NCBI GenBank assembly: GCA_003281505.1
Contig: QCBU01000007.1
Location: 3,075 to 67,074 of the forward strand
Reading direction: 5' to 3'
Length of the DNA: 64,000 bases
Source of the DNA: Prochlorococcus sp. AG-347-J14
GTDB taxonomy: Bacteria; Cyanobacteriota; Cyanobacteriia; PCC-6307; Cyanobiaceae
Part shown: positions 63,117-64,000 of the stretch, piece after piece
Numbering within the stretch: position 1 is the stretch's first letter
Layout: each line of letters starts with the position of its first letter
Translations under genes and position numbers: made by a program
Notes under the pieces: generated by a model
The model's database searches: none
Told to the model about the DNA's origin: nothing
What the model saw: only the letters and a program-made list of their open reading frames with translations

Positions 63117-63701
63117 TTGAACCTTCCAGTTCTAACAATTGCTAGTGGCAATCAAAGAAAAGTATCTGAAATTTCAGAGATGCTGGATGTTTTGTCTTTA
63201 AATGTTCAGAAGCAACCAGAATATTTAAATGTTGAAGAGACTGGAAATACATATTTTGAGAATGCACTTCTAAAAGCAAAAGCAGCTGCTTTAGAGACTA
63301 AAACTTGGGCATTAGCTGATGACTCGGGTCTTGAAGTAGATTTTTTAGATGGTCGGCCAGGAATTTATTCTGCTCGATATGCCAAGACTAATGATGAGAA
63401 AATTAAAAAATTAATTAATGAACTTTCTGATAGTCCTTATAGGAGTGCAAGATTTATAAGTTGTATGGTTTTGTGCGATCCCTCAGGAAACTTAGTTAAA
63501 GATACAACAGGAATATGCTGGGGAGAAATTCTTAAGAACCCCAAATATCCAAACGGGGAATTCGAATCTATTTTTTGGGTAAAAGAGTCTAACTGTGTTT
63601 ACGGTGAGCTCTCGCAATCACAATTAAATAAATTAGGTAGTAGAGGTAAAGCTGCAAAAATCATGTCACCTTTTTTAAAGAAAGAGATAGGTTTAAGTTG
63701 A
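63117..63701 (+). CDS. Ham1/RdgB-family NTP pyrophosphatase-like protein (divergent specificity motifs)
   Basis: ASGNQRKV, EETG.TY.ENA..KA, ADDSGL, PGIYSARY; TTG start. Confidence 0.85.
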   Translation: MNLPVLTIASGNQRKVSEISEMLDVLSLNVQKQPEYLNVEETGNTYFENALLKAKAAALETKTWALADDSGLEVDFLDGRPGIYSARYAKTNDEKIKKLINELSDSPYRSARFISCMVLCDPSGNLVKDTTGICWGEILKNPKYPNGEFESIFWVKESNCVYGELSQSQLNKLGSRGKAAKIMSPFLKKEIGLS

Positions 63702-63724
63702 AAAAATTTTAAATTAAAAAATTC

Positions 63725-64000
63725 TCAATAATTTGAAATTTCTTCAATTGCTCTTATAGCAGCAGCTGCAGCCTCTTCTACATCCCCTTCTTTCCCAGCG
63801 AGAGTTAATCTACCAAAAGCTCCAACTGCCTTAACATCAACAACAGTTATATTAGATGCCTTTTCAGCTTCATTTGCTGCTTTTAAAACATAACCAGCAG
63901 GTTCAGTTTCTAAAATAAACATGCTCATTCCAGATTGAATCATTGATCCACTTCTGTTTTGTCTATTTATTAAAACTGCATGATCTGGAGTAATTGCTCG
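63725..64000 (-). CDS. csoS1D: Tandem-BMC shell protein CsoS1D, C-terminal part (start outside window)
   Basis: Frame open to the window edge: [13 protein letters not shown]...[19 protein letters not shown]...GAFGRL. Confidence 0.9.
   Translation of the reverse strand, partial: RAITPDHAVLINRQNRSGSMIQSGMSMFILETEPAGYVLKAANEAEKASNITVVDVKAVGAFGRLTLAGKEGDVEEAAAAAIRAIEEISNY

Noticed and set aside
1-64000. CRISPR arrays, IS elements, integrase or prophage structural genes, rRNA
   Set aside because: None seen; no regularly spaced repeats and no transposase or recombinase motifs in any ORF

Overview
AT-rich, gene-dense core-chromosome segment of a marine picocyanobacterium, most likely a high-light Prochlorococcus. 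This is inferred from the alpha-carboxysome operon with form IA Rubisco, very short intergenic spacers, low GC, a proteobacterial-type ThrRS and a dnaA not linked to dnaN. The window runs murF(partial)-glgA-menBD-lepB, Mn/Zn ABC transporter, trpS-thrS-glk-thrB-ndhD-prlC, folB-proA-tamB, glgB-hemE-petE-clpB, queD, hisIE, a group-2 sigma factor, cyAbrB, trpA, ndhL, tRNA-Leu(UAA), pyrC, gor, GST, dnaA, hisG, gloB, ridA and the cso locus to csoS1D(partial). Three things stand out from the core genes. (1) A ~1.5-kb integrase-less islet on the 5' side of tRNA-Leu(UAA). It is bounded by a direct repeat of the tRNA 5' half plus its promoter, starts exactly at the anticodon loop, and carries one atypical YadA/trimeric-autotransporter-like gene. 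(2) A compact structured element between csoS1 and ham1 whose unpaired region carries a 14-nt copy of the csoS1 5'-UTR sequence, with a related motif before rbcS. It is a candidate carboxysome-operon sRNA. (3) A nucleotide-identical 56-bp repeat inside csoS2. All product names come from recognising motifs by eye; no database searches were run.
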